A DNA stretch of 64,000 nucleotides from Nitrososphaeraceae archaeon. GTDB lineage: Archaea; Thermoproteota; Nitrososphaeria; Nitrososphaerales; Nitrososphaeraceae. Of the stretch, positions 40,063-49,583 are shown one piece after another. The DNA is taken from contig DATGZA010000075.1 in assembly GCA_035297365.1 (NCBI GenBank), positions 32,001 to 96,000 on the forward strand. Reading direction: 5' to 3'. The position numbers and the translations under genes were made by a program. The stretch's first letter is position 1. Every line of letters starts with the position of its first letter. The notes beneath the pieces are model-generated. The model was not told the origin of the DNA. It worked only from the letters and a program-made list of their open reading frames with translations, and ran no database searches.

Positions 40063-40344
40063 TTACTTTATATTTACAGATTGTCTACTTATGCTAATAA
40101 CTTGTATCTCACTTACACCGTTTGTTTTCTTTATGCTTTCTTCTAAGGCATCCATTTGACCTTCTGAATCATCTAATGTGAAATCGCAAAGTAAAGAGAA
40201 TATACCAAATGCAAGAGGTTCTTTACCATATCTTTTTAGTTCCATTCCACTTGGAATTTGTAAGGGTAGATCTTTAATAATTTCGTCTAGATTAGTATCA
40301 GATTCCATTGGTAATATTTTAATTCTAGCCACGAGTCGAGCCAT
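40063..40344 (-). CDS. ef1b: elongation factor 1-beta
   Basis: IKILP...EPLAFGI...DDSEG. Confidence 0.92.
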   Translation of the reverse strand: MARLVARIKILPMESDTNLDEIIKDLPLQIPSGMELKRYGKEPLAFGIFSLLCDFTLDDSEGQMDALEESIKKTNGVSEIQVISISRQSVNIK

Positions 40345-40346
40345 AT

Positions 40347-40532
40347 CTATGGACCCTCGAAGCTACAATTTACACATTTATATGATCTTGCAAATTCTCT
40401 ACAGCTTTGACATCTCCACAATAAAACGTATCCACAACTAGGGCAATAAAATTTTACACATTCATCATTAGGCATTATAGATCTATTACATGATGAACAG
40501 ACTGGCAATTCTAATGTTTTAGACATTTTCAT
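40347..40532 (-). CDS. Zn-ribbon protein (HVO_2753/DUF1610 family)
   Basis: CSSC...FYCPSCG...RCQSCR...YKCVNCSFEGP; conserved neighbour of EF-1beta. Confidence 0.9.
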   Translation of the reverse strand: MKMSKTLELPVCSSCNRSIMPNDECVKFYCPSCGYVLLWRCQSCREFARSYKCVNCSFEGP

Positions 40533-40569
40533 TCAATTTGAGAAATCCGAATTTATATCTTGTCATATA

Positions 40570-41739
40570 TTAAAAGTCTATCATATGTCTGAATTCATTT
40601 CCCACTAGAGTACTGATCAATTTCATAGTTTTTTTAGTTCCCAGAATTCTAGATATAGCTATACTATGAAAATCGAAACTTGCTGATTCAGAAATTTCAT
40701 CAAGAGTCGTATCGGTTACAACTGAAAGTATTTCATCAAGGGATTTGTTGTCAAGTCTTTCCAAAATTTTCCTAAATAGGAGCATAATTTGAAATTCTTT
40801 TCCAAAAATTGAAAACCATTGTTTTTCATATTCATGAAGATGAATTTTTTGATTAGTTGTCTTGTATTTTGCGATGCTCTTCCCAGCCAATATTCCTCCC
40901 ATTCCACATGAAAAAATTCCTCCTGCAGTGGTTGGTTTTGTTTGGCCTGCAGCGTCACCTACCAACAAACTTTGTTCATTTATGAAATTTTTTAGCGGTC
41001 CTCCAACCCAAACAGGAGCATATATCTTTCTAATGACAGAATATTTGAAATTGAAACTTGAGATAAAGGATTCAAGTGTTTGTAAGGCATTGATTTTGCT
41101 TCCTGCAACACCTACCTTTGCTTTTCCTTGACCATTTGGTATTATCCATGCGAAAAAATGAGGATATATTTCGCTATCTAATTTTACTAGGATTTCGTGA
41201 CTTGGAATCCCATCCGCATAGATCTCATACTGAGCAGATTGTAAAATGCCATTTCGACTAGTACGATTCATAAGAGATGAAATACCCCTTGCATCAACAA
41301 AAAGATCCGAACTGAATGAGCAATTAGTAGTTCTTATTCCGAATTTCTTTTCAAGAGAATCATAATTTATAGTCGTAACTAAATTTCTTGTTACAATTTC
41401 AGCTCCAGATTTTTGAGCTTGAAACGCTATCTGTTTGTCAAATTCTCTTCTATCGAGAACGATTAATTTGTCATGTTTTATATTAATGTTAAAACTTTTA
41501 GAAGCTGACGAGATTTTTGCTTTTTCTATACAATGTACAATTGATCTCAAAGATGGAATAATTCCCAATTTTTCCATAGCCTGAAGACTAACCAGTCCAC
41601 CACAATGTTCTGGAGTTCCAATTTCACTATCTTCTTCAAGAACTAATACTGATAAACCGGATCTCGCTATTTCTCTCGCGCACAATAAACCTGAAACGCT
41701 TCCACCTGCTACTATTACATCATAGAATTTTTTTTTCAT
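40570..41739 (-). CDS. geranylgeranyl reductase family FAD-dependent oxidoreductase
   Basis: YDVIVAGG, PEHCGG, DRREFD, FAWIIP, VGDAAGQTKPTTAGGI. Confidence 0.88.
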   Translation of the reverse strand: MKKKFYDVIVAGGSVSGLLCAREIARSGLSVLVLEEDSEIGTPEHCGGLVSLQAMEKLGIIPSLRSIVHCIEKAKISSASKSFNINIKHDKLIVLDRREFDKQIAFQAQKSGAEIVTRNLVTTINYDSLEKKFGIRTTNCSFSSDLFVDARGISSLMNRTSRNGILQSAQYEIYADGIPSHEILVKLDSEIYPHFFAWIIPNGQGKAKVGVAGSKINALQTLESFISSFNFKYSVIRKIYAPVWVGGPLKNFINEQSLLVGDAAGQTKPTTAGGIFSCGMGGILAGKSIAKYKTTNQKIHLHEYEKQWFSIFGKEFQIMLLFRKILERLDNKSLDEILSVVTDTTLDEISESASFDFHSIAISRILGTKKTMKLISTLVGNEFRHMIDF

Positions 41740-41788
41740 TAATACAATATAACCATTTTATTAATAATAATTAAAATGTATTTTAGAT

Positions 41789-42142
41789 ATGGATCTTAAA
41801 CAAGTCATGATAGTTCGAAAAGATCTTAAAATGGGTACTGGAAAGATAGCTGCGCAAGTAGCACATGCCTCAGTTTTAGCATATGAAACATCTAGAATCA
41901 AAAACAGTACTTGGCTTAAAACATGGTATAAGTTTGGACAACCAAAGGTGGTCCTCAAAGTAAATAGTCTAGAAGAGTTAGAGGAAATAAGGAAAAAAGC
42001 AGAGGCATATGATTTACCTGTAGTAATAGTACATGATGCTGGTTTGACTCAACTTGAGCCAGGTACTGCAACTTGTCTTGGAATCGGGCCTGGGCCAGCT
42101 AGTTTAATTGACAGGGTTACTGGAGGTTTAAAGCTTCTTTAG
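41789..42142 (+). CDS. pth2: peptidyl-tRNA hydrolase Pth2
   Basis: KQVMIVRKDLKMGTGKIAAQVAHA, DAGLTQ, GIGPG. Confidence 0.96.
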   Translation: MDLKQVMIVRKDLKMGTGKIAAQVAHASVLAYETSRIKNSTWLKTWYKFGQPKVVLKVNSLEELEEIRKKAEAYDLPVVIVHDAGLTQLEPGTATCLGIGPGPASLIDRVTGGLKLL

Positions 42143-42280
42143 AATAGTGGAAAACAATTATTATATTTATCAAATTTTGTTATCCAGCAATATTAAAAAG
42201 TTACTTGATTCTTATACATAGAAAAAGTTAAGAATTCAGTTAGCTAAAAAAAATTAACACAAAGCCTTATTTTAGTTGTA

Positions 42281-42676
42281 TTGTATAAAATATTGTTGCG
42301 AAGGAAGAAAAAAGACCTAGTTCATAGTTCACAGATAACCTTAGATGAATTCTATATTAAAAAATTTAAGGAAAAAATAGAAAAGATGTTGTTAATAAGT
42401 AATAAGAATAACCATCCATTAGTACTTTATAGAAGGACGATTGAGGAAAACGATGTAAGTATAGAAGAAGAAATAGGTACTGTTTCGGAGCGATATGTGG
42501 TAGTTCAAATCTTTACTCATGGAGGATACCTTCCGGTCCTATTTAGGGAGCAACATGTTTTCACGCCTGAAGAATTCCCCTACTGGATAATTAAAAGAAG
42601 TAGGAGTATGCTCTTACAATGTATGGAAAATATGGATGATTTTATAAACACATACAATAATGATTTAGAGATTTAA
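42281..42676 (+). CDS. hypothetical protein
   Basis: 131-aa ORF; true start uncertain. Confidence 0.65.
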   Translation: MYKILLRRKKKDLVHSSQITLDEFYIKKFKEKIEKMLLISNKNNHPLVLYRRTIEENDVSIEEEIGTVSERYVVVQIFTHGGYLPVLFREQHVFTPEEFPYWIIKRSRSMLLQCMENMDDFINTYNNDLEI

Positions 42677-42737
42677 TTATTTTTTAATGAGTTTTTTAAA
42701 TCTATTTTAGCGACATATATCTGAAAAAGAAAAAATT

Positions 42738-43934
42738 TTAAAAATTAGAATCTAATATAACTAAACCTGGCATCTTATCACCAGCAAGATATCTAAGAGT
42801 AGCTCCCCCTCCGGTTGAAACGTGACTTACTTCTGATTCCGAAACTCCAGATTTCTTCATGGCCTCCAATGTGTCCCCTCCTCCTATTAGTGTCTTGGAG
42901 CCTCTCCAATATGCTAAAGCCATACTTTTTGCTATATGAATAGTGCCATTAGAAAAGAGATCCTTCTCAAAGAATCCCATTGGTCCGTTCCAAAAAATTG
43001 TTCCGTTTTTATTAGATCCAATCTCGGAGGAATAATTTTGTATAGTTTCATTTCCGATATCAAATCCGATCATTCCATCAGGAATATTTTCCTTACACAG
43101 GATTGCCGACTCGCTTTCAGCATTTGTTGAAACTATGTGATCGACTGGAAGTACTATCTTTTCCTGGTATCTTTTTAATGAGTTTTTAGCCCAATGTAAA
43201 TGCGCTTCGTCTATAGGAGAATTTCCAATATTCAGTCCTTTTGCCTTGAGGAAAGTATATGCGGCGGCTCCGCCTATCAAGATCTTATCTGCTTTTGGTA
43301 ACAAATTTTCCATTGCCCCAATTTTATCTCTTATTTTGACACCTCCGATAACCACAAGAAATGGTCTAATTGGTTTCTCTTTTATCATTGTAAGATATTC
43401 AAGTTCTTTCTTCAAATTGAATCCTCCCAATTTTGTATCAAACAATGTTGCTGCGCCATAAGTTGACGAATGTTTTCTATGCGATGTGCTAAATGCGTCA
43501 TTCACATAAATATCAGCCAATGATGCAAGTTGTTTTGAAAATTCTGGATTATTTAATTCCTCCTCATGATGAAAACGGAGATTTTCTAATAAAATAATTC
43601 CTGATTTTTGAAGTCTACGAACTTGGTTATAAACTTCATTTCCAACACAATCCGGAACAAATTTGACTTGTGTTTTTGAAAGAATTTCAGAAAGTCTTGT
43701 TGCAACAGGAAATAAAGAATAATCTGAATTATGATCCTTGGGTCTTCCTAAGTGCGAAATTAGTACTACCTTACAATTTCTTTTTACCAGATAATCTATG
43801 GTAGGAATAGACATTCTAATTCTATAATCCTCACCTATGTTTCCATTTTTAATACTGACATTAAAATCAACTCGAACTAAGGCAGTCTTTCCATCGTATT
43901 CATCATCATTGAGATCTGTCAAGAATTTGATCAT
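42738..43934 (-). CDS. pgk: phosphoglycerate kinase (bacterial-type signature)
   Basis: RVDFNV, SHLGRP, LLENLRF, WNGPMG, GGGDT, STGGGA; start moved to ATG 43934 (MIKFLTD). Confidence 0.93.
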   Translation of the reverse strand: MIKFLTDLNDDEYDGKTALVRVDFNVSIKNGNIGEDYRIRMSIPTIDYLVKRNCKVVLISHLGRPKDHNSDYSLFPVATRLSEILSKTQVKFVPDCVGNEVYNQVRRLQKSGIILLENLRFHHEEELNNPEFSKQLASLADIYVNDAFSTSHRKHSSTYGAATLFDTKLGGFNLKKELEYLTMIKEKPIRPFLVVIGGVKIRDKIGAMENLLPKADKILIGGAAAYTFLKAKGLNIGNSPIDEAHLHWAKNSLKRYQEKIVLPVDHIVSTNAESESAILCKENIPDGMIGFDIGNETIQNYSSEIGSNKNGTIFWNGPMGFFEKDLFSNGTIHIAKSMALAYWRGSKTLIGGGDTLEAMKKSGVSESEVSHVSTGGGATLRYLAGDKMPGLVILDSNF

Positions 43935-44020
43935 AATAGATAGGATAAAAAATATCTGTTGGAGAATAAAGGTTTTGATAATTAAAATAATGATAAATAC
44001 CCATAAAAAACAAATGAAAA

Positions 44021-44629
44021 ATGTCATCAGGTTTTTCTCCGAAAATTATTTTAGGAAAATTTATGTATATTAATGATCCATCATGGAAAACTAATAGTGG
44101 TAAAAAGCTAATATTTTACTTAGCTGCTGGTTTCTGTCCATATTGTGCTCCAGAAAGATTGGCAATAGTTGAGAGATTAAGAATATTTGAAGAATGGAAA
44201 GAATTGATAGAGAATCACAGTGTAAACACTAGTGAAAAGTTTTTAGATATACGTACTTTTGATTTTTCTCATTTCAATTATGAAAGTTCGTTTGTAGAGT
44301 TTCATGAAAATGAAATCGCCGACAGGTATTCTAAAGAAAAAGAAATATTGGAAAAAATTGATGTGGAAATCCTAGAAACATATAACCCTGATCGACTTAT
44401 TCCATTTTTACTAATTGATGGTCAATTTATACAATTTGAAACTGGAATAAATCTAGAATTATTAGGAAAATATAAAAAATGAAGAGATAAGAAAATTGAT
44501 GTGATGAAAATTCCTTAGTTGGCAAATCTATCATTAATGAGAGTAACGATATAGCATCTCTATATGCAAAAGTATTGGCAATATACCAGAAAATATCAAA
44601 GATAAACAGATTATAGAACTGTTTTCATA
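44021..44629 (+). pseudogene. DUF929-like thioredoxin-fold protein, C-terminus frameshifted
   Basis: AGFCPYCAPER, IPFLLIDGQF. After the stop at 44482 the expected tail continues in other frames (ENSLVGKSIINESNDIASL / CKSIGN). Confidence 0.65.
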
Positions 44630-44657
44630 AATAAAACGAAGAAAATTGAATAAAAAT

Positions 44658-45152
44658 TTATTTCAATCCAGTTATTCGTATTTCAGTTGGACATCCAAGT
44701 TTACTTGATGCTACTTTGAATCCTTCTTTTGCCAATGGTAAATTTGCAGAAGTAACATAAGCTTCTATTATTGATTGCCCTGGTTTAACCCTCGCTGCTA
44801 GCCCAGTTGCTTTCCCAAACGCTCTTCTCATACCTTCCTGCAGTCTATCTGCTCCTGCAGTTGCTATCATTTTATTTTCCCTTAGCAGTACATGAGGATA
44901 TACTTTTAATTTAGAGAAAAAACTGGTCTCTCCAGCTTGAGCCATTCTTTTATTAGCAGATAATCTTGCCGCTTCTAAAGCATTATGACGAATCTGAATA
45001 TTTTCTGTGACAATTAATTCCAATTTATAATCATAGCTATTACTTGCTTGACCTGAAGAAAATTTTGCAATTTTTGATTGCGGTTTTCCTTTAATATATT
45101 CCCGTCTAACATAGGGCATACCCCTTGGTTCTCGATAATTTGCACCTTTCAA
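44658..45152 (-). CDS. rpl10e: 50S ribosomal protein L10e/L16
   Basis: QIRHNALEAAR, RENKMIATAGADRLQEGMRRAFGK. Confidence 0.97.
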   Translation of the reverse strand: MKGANYREPRGMPYVRREYIKGKPQSKIAKFSSGQASNSYDYKLELIVTENIQIRHNALEAARLSANKRMAQAGETSFFSKLKVYPHVLLRENKMIATAGADRLQEGMRRAFGKATGLAARVKPGQSIIEAYVTSANLPLAKEGFKVASSKLGCPTEIRITGLK

Positions 45153-45204
45153 TTTTAGTTCACTAATCTTTTTATATCAAACATAAACTTTGATTTAATC
45201 GTTT

Positions 45205-45812
45205 ATGTATAATACGACATCCGGCACCAATTACAATAACACGGATAATGAAAATGAATTAAGTTTTACCGTAGATGCACGAATAGATAATAAAAATACA
45301 ATAATAATAGACTCTATTAAACAACAGGACCAATTGAGAAATAAAGGGTTTGGCGAAAAAATAAAAGAAAAATTTATTATTGAAGCGTATGAAGCTCTTT
45401 TTCTTTTATATAACAAAAGATTAATTTTAAAAAAAAAAAGACAAAATTAGATTTTTCACAACTTTCTGAAATGTTATTGAAGGGTGACATTTCAATATTT
45501 ACAAAATTTCTCATATATAGAGATCTAAGAAGTCGAGGGTATGTGGCGAAGGAAGGATTCGGATTTGGTTTAGATTTTCGTGTTTATGAAAGAGGAGAAT
45601 ATCTAAAAAAACCTGCTAAATATGTAGTTTTTGGAATTAATGAAGGATTGAATATTCAGAGTAGGCATTTATATGAGAATATTAATTCGATTGAGAAAAT
45701 GGGAAAAGAAGGGATAATTGCTGTAATTGAGAGAAGAGGAGAAATAATCTATTATAAGATAAATAGAAAAAAATTTGAAACTAATAACAAATCGATTTCA
45801 CTTTCTCAATAA
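45205..45812 (+). CDS. endA: tRNA-splicing endonuclease, probably structural (beta) subunit; split by a -1 frameshift at A11 (45429-45439)
   Basis: ORF1 has YEALFLL (N-domain); ORF2 has FLIYRDLRSRGYVAKEGFGFGLDFRVY...AVIERRGEIIYY. One extra A fuses them (LILKKKKTKLDFSQLSEML). Confidence 0.88.
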
Positions 45813-45996
45813 TAAAAAAAGTGCAACTAGCAGATGTAAAAATAAAAAAATTAAGATAGAGAATAATATATTTTTTATATACGTTATTCCGTCTAAGATG
45901 ATCTGTGGGATAATGATGATCACGATAGTCCCCCTATTATAAGGGATTATTCCCTGTAAAATGAAGAAAGATACCGGACTACTGAGTTCCATAAAA

Positions 45997-46072
45997 TGCT
46001 CCGACCGGGATTTGAACCCGGGATCGTCGCCTTGAGAGGGCGAAATGCTTAACCGGACTACACCATCGGAGC
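45997..46072 (-). tRNA. tRNA-Glu(CTC)
   Basis: GCTCCGA/TCGGAGC acceptor, TCGCC-CTCTCAA-GGCGA anticodon arm, TTCAAAT T-loop. Confidence 0.96.
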
Positions 46073-46219
46073 TCAACAACAATAGAAACCTTGTCAATAT
46101 AAAAATTCTGTTAGTGCTAAGTAAAAATAAATTTAACAAAGTCCATTATGATTTGAACGATTAGTAAAAGGATTCAGGAAATTTAATACTTCAAGAAAAA
46201 TAAATTTTATAACTGAAAT

Positions 46220-46462
46220 TTAAACAGTTATAACAGGGGCTTCTAGTGGTTCAACGGTTTTTTTGGTTTTAGCACGTAACTTCGCTTTATATTTTAGATT
46301 ACGTGGTTTAGTTCTCAATCGATAACCACAACATGGGCACCACAATCCATCCCATTTTATGAAGATTTCACAAATTTGGCAGCGTTTTTGTCCGCTGGCA
46401 TACCTTCCAGAACCTACTGGTTTCTGAGCTTTGTGTCTAACGCAAATACCTTTACAAGTCAT
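46220..46462 (-). CDS. small basic zinc-finger protein
   Basis: MTCKGIC...KRCQICE...WCPCCGYRLRTKPR. Confidence 0.82.
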   Translation of the reverse strand: MTCKGICVRHKAQKPVGSGRYASGQKRCQICEIFIKWDGLWCPCCGYRLRTKPRNLKYKAKLRAKTKKTVEPLEAPVITV

Positions 46463-46584
46463 TGGTATATATATATCTTAAACGAGTATTTAAATATGAA
46501 TAAAGTTATATTATGATAAAATTTAATAAACTATGAGAAAAATTATTAAAAAATAAAAAAAATATCAATGTTTAGAAATTTTTT

Positions 46585-46839
46585 TTAACTAACTGATATG
46601 CTCTTTGCTTGAAACGCTTCGTTCATAGAAACGTATTCTTCTATTTTCATCTTGATATCATCTGGATCAGTATCATCCATTCCCGAAAATCCTGCCTTAA
46701 ATGAGATTGTATTTCCAGAAACGTTTACATTGTCCACTTCCATGTCTGCATAAACATTTGATAATTCAGTAACCCAGTCCTTAGCTTCTTGTGAGTCTAT
46801 TCCATTGGTGTCAATATTTACATTTAGCATTTTTGTCAT
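46585..46839 (-). CDS. small acidic hypothetical protein
   Basis: 84-aa ORF with coding-like composition. Confidence 0.78.
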   Translation of the reverse strand: MTKMLNVNIDTNGIDSQEAKDWVTELSNVYADMEVDNVNVSGNTISFKAGFSGMDDTDPDDIKMKIEEYVSMNEAFQAKSISVS

Positions 46840-46923
46840 TCAAATACACCTAACTGAATTATGAAAAAGACATTAATAAATTTGACTAATATAGCTTATA
46901 AATATCGAGTAAAAATTTAAAAG

Positions 46924-47088
46924 CTATTCTTTTTCATCAAATCTCCAATATTTTATGAGTTCTTTTTCAAATTTTGAAAACTGATTATCATTTAATGATT
47001 CTCCGCAATTTTTATGAGTCGGTACTACTCTCATTCCTGCTAGTTTGAAATCAACCTCATAAAAATGAACAGAAGGACAGTCACACAT
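46924..47088 (-). CDS. 54-aa Cys/His micro-protein (below ORF-track cutoff)
   Basis: MCDCPSVHFYEVDFKLAGMRVVPTHKNCGESLNDNQFSKFEKELIKYWRFDEKE*; TATA-like TATAAAT ~30 nt upstream. Confidence 0.75.
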   Translation of the reverse strand: MCDCPSVHFYEVDFKLAGMRVVPTHKNCGESLNDNQFSKFEKELIKYWRFDEKE

Positions 47089-47201
47089 TACATGACAATA
47101 TAAATGCTATCCATTTATATTCTTATTAGCCTTGAAATCTCGTCTAAAAAATCATGAAATATAATAAACATTTATGAATCCTTTTTTAGTTATTATCTTA
47201 T

Positions 47202-48275
47202 ATGAAAAAGCATTCATTGATTCAATTTGGATCAAAAATGTCAGTCAAAATAATTTGTCTCACTTTGGTATTGTCATTAGGAACAATATTTATGACTTTA
47301 CCTGATTCACAAGCTGAAGACAATAATTGGTATGTTGGAGAAGGAGTGAAAAAGGATATGTACGTAAAGTATTTAGTCGGATTTTATGATACTAATAATG
47401 GAAGACCATTTGAGATAACTATATATTTCAAAGATCTAGATGAAAAGGGAAATTGGATTGCTCCAGTATTTGTTGAAGATCAGGGAAAAGTTATACAAGG
47501 AACATTTAGGCTTAGTCCACTTGACTTGACTGCATTAGGAACATCAGAAATACCTCCAGAGATGGGAAAGTATAGAAGTGCTTATGCTAATTCGTTACAA
47601 TGGCTTGCAGCATATGTACCTAAACCAGGATTATCACTCAACGCAGGTTCATGGGGCAAAATAGGATCAATTGGCGGTTCAGAAATCAAACCAGTAGGTT
47701 CTCAACAATTAACAATACCAGCATTTTCTGAACCGATAGACACAACCAGAGTGGAATATTATAAATCCGTTTCAAGTAATATTTACATAAAAAATGAATT
47801 TCCATATCCAGTTATGGCCAAAACATTTGTAGATGTAACTACTGGAAGTCCTCCTGTTCAGTTTGAATTTATATTGGAAAAGACAGGAACTGGTGAACCA
47901 CCTATTCCAGAAATGGCTAATTTTGAAGCTACCCCGCCACTACTTGAAAGAACAGAGAGAGGGGCTTATTATGTACAATTGGATTGGAATCCGGTACCCA
48001 TTCTTGCTGGAAACGAAACAACATTTACAATAGACTTTCTTGATAAAGACCATTTCCCATTATCAACGGTAAGTTATAACCTAAAATTGACTGGATCTAA
48101 CAATACATCAATAGCGGACTTGAAAAATCAATTTGCTCCAGATGGAACAAAAGCTCATAAATTTACGTTCGAGAAACCAACATTAGTTAATGTAGAAGTA
48201 ACGATCAATAGTGTAAGAGGTGTCGATACAGGAGCATTCGTCGAGAAAACTGATTTTACAGTAAATGTAAATTAG
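47202..48275 (+). CDS. exported/surface protein of unknown function
   Basis: Signal-peptide-like N-terminus, beta-rich domains, C-terminal Ig-like region. Confidence 0.8.
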   Translation: MKKHSLIQFGSKMSVKIICLTLVLSLGTIFMTLPDSQAEDNNWYVGEGVKKDMYVKYLVGFYDTNNGRPFEITIYFKDLDEKGNWIAPVFVEDQGKVIQGTFRLSPLDLTALGTSEIPPEMGKYRSAYANSLQWLAAYVPKPGLSLNAGSWGKIGSIGGSEIKPVGSQQLTIPAFSEPIDTTRVEYYKSVSSNIYIKNEFPYPVMAKTFVDVTTGSPPVQFEFILEKTGTGEPPIPEMANFEATPPLLERTERGAYYVQLDWNPVPILAGNETTFTIDFLDKDHFPLSTVSYNLKLTGSNNTSIADLKNQFAPDGTKAHKFTFEKPTLVNVEVTINSVRGVDTGAFVEKTDFTVNVN

Positions 48276-48327
48276 AAAGAAAATAATTTTTTTAATTATT
48301 TTTTATTGAATCTATTCTTTTCAAAGT

Positions 48328-49032
48328 ATGTCTCCAAAAAAAAGAGTCATTCTAATAATTTGTGTTTTTATTGTAACCTCTATAATAGTCAATTTAACAA
48401 TCATAGCATATAACGGAGGTTTTAGCAACGGTAATTTGGTTACCTCTACTGGATCTAAAAATCTATGGAAGGCGGGTAAGAATATAAAACCCGGAGATTT
48501 CATGGTTTATGAACTACAAACAAAAGATAATCAAAACAATACTCAAAATAGAATCGTAAATATCTCTTTTTACGACAAAGCAAATGAATATTGGAATACC
48601 CGGTTCATTATTTCAAACCAAACTGGAAATATTATAAATTTTGTAGAAAACTTATCTAAGTCAAATCTGTTAGTAAAAGACCCCGATGAGAGGAATAAAG
48701 AATATTTCAAAGAAATTGAAACAACAATTTTATCAATAAGGGATGTAACGAGAGAACAAAAATACCTAGTAATAGGAGCCCAATGGGATACAATTTCCTC
48801 CGGCGTTTCCACCATTCCATTGAAAATAACTTCAAATCAAGACATAGAAACCCCTATAGGAAAAGTAAACGTATATGTTTTAAACTACAGGATAAACAAT
48901 ACCAACAATAACATATTGATTTCAGAAAAATTTCCATTACCGATAAAAGCAGATATTCATGATGAAGAAGGCAAAATAATATTCAAATATTTAATAAAAA
49001 AGACAAATATTAAATCTTCTTTAAATACATAA
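48328..49032 (+). CDS. exported protein, paralog of the preceding gene's N-domain
   Basis: N-terminal TM/signal; shares W-x-x-G, W and FP-x-P motifs with 47202..48275. Confidence 0.75.
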   Translation: MSPKKRVILIICVFIVTSIIVNLTIIAYNGGFSNGNLVTSTGSKNLWKAGKNIKPGDFMVYELQTKDNQNNTQNRIVNISFYDKANEYWNTRFIISNQTGNIINFVENLSKSNLLVKDPDERNKEYFKEIETTILSIRDVTREQKYLVIGAQWDTISSGVSTIPLKITSNQDIETPIGKVNVYVLNYRINNTNNNILISEKFPLPIKADIHDEEGKIIFKYLIKKTNIKSSLNT

Positions 49033-49521
49033 ATTAAAAAGTTGTTTATTTTTCTTTGACACAAAAACCTCAGCTAAAAGCCAATTTATATAATTTTCTA
49101 TATAAGAGTCAATTAAACACCAAATGTGTACAGAACCTGGAAGTATTTCAATTCTGCCATTTTTTAGAATAACCCTTACTCCTTCTTTACTCTCATACAT
49201 ATATGCATCTAAGACTTGAGCTCCAGGAATACTAGCTGCCGCTTTAGATTTGACTATTTCTCGGGATATTATAAAATTTTTTCTAAATTTATCTACAATG
49301 ATACCAATATTTTCACGACCATATAAGTCAAAATCACTTATTTTTCTGGAGTCTGGAAAATGTAATTGCAAATCCAAATTATACCTTTTCCCCACAAAAT
49401 GTGCGATTTCGTTTATCCTTGCAAATGCAAGATTTGAATTTTTTCTAGCCAATTCTTCTAAAACGGCTTTGTTAGCCATGAAATTAAATCGCAAATCACT
49501 AATAAGATCTGAGAAGATCAT
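49021..49521 (-). CDS. hypothetical protein
   Basis: 166-aa ORF; start may be the later Met (MANK). Confidence 0.72.
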   Translation of the reverse strand: MIFSDLISDLRFNFMANKAVLEELARKNSNLAFARINEIAHFVGKRYNLDLQLHFPDSRKISDFDLYGRENIGIIVDKFRKNFIISREIVKSKAAASIPGAQVLDAYMYESKEGVRVILKNGRIEILPGSVHIWCLIDSYIENYINWLLAEVFVSKKNKQLFNLCI

Positions 49522-49583
49522 ATTTAGAAGAGTTTCATAACATATTTATATATTATACATATCTAACAATAATTTTTAATGCT

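Noticed and set aside
43935-44027. Hydrophobic N-terminal extension on PGK suggesting a membrane anchor
   Set aside because: Arises from AT-rich intergenic sequence read in frame; PGK homology begins at ATG 43934
45973-45982. ACCGGACTAC just beyond the tRNA-Glu 3' end, identical to its D-arm (46052-46061), as an att site or split-tRNA piece
   Set aside because: Only 10 nt, not the tRNA 3' end, and no integrase nearby; compatible with chance
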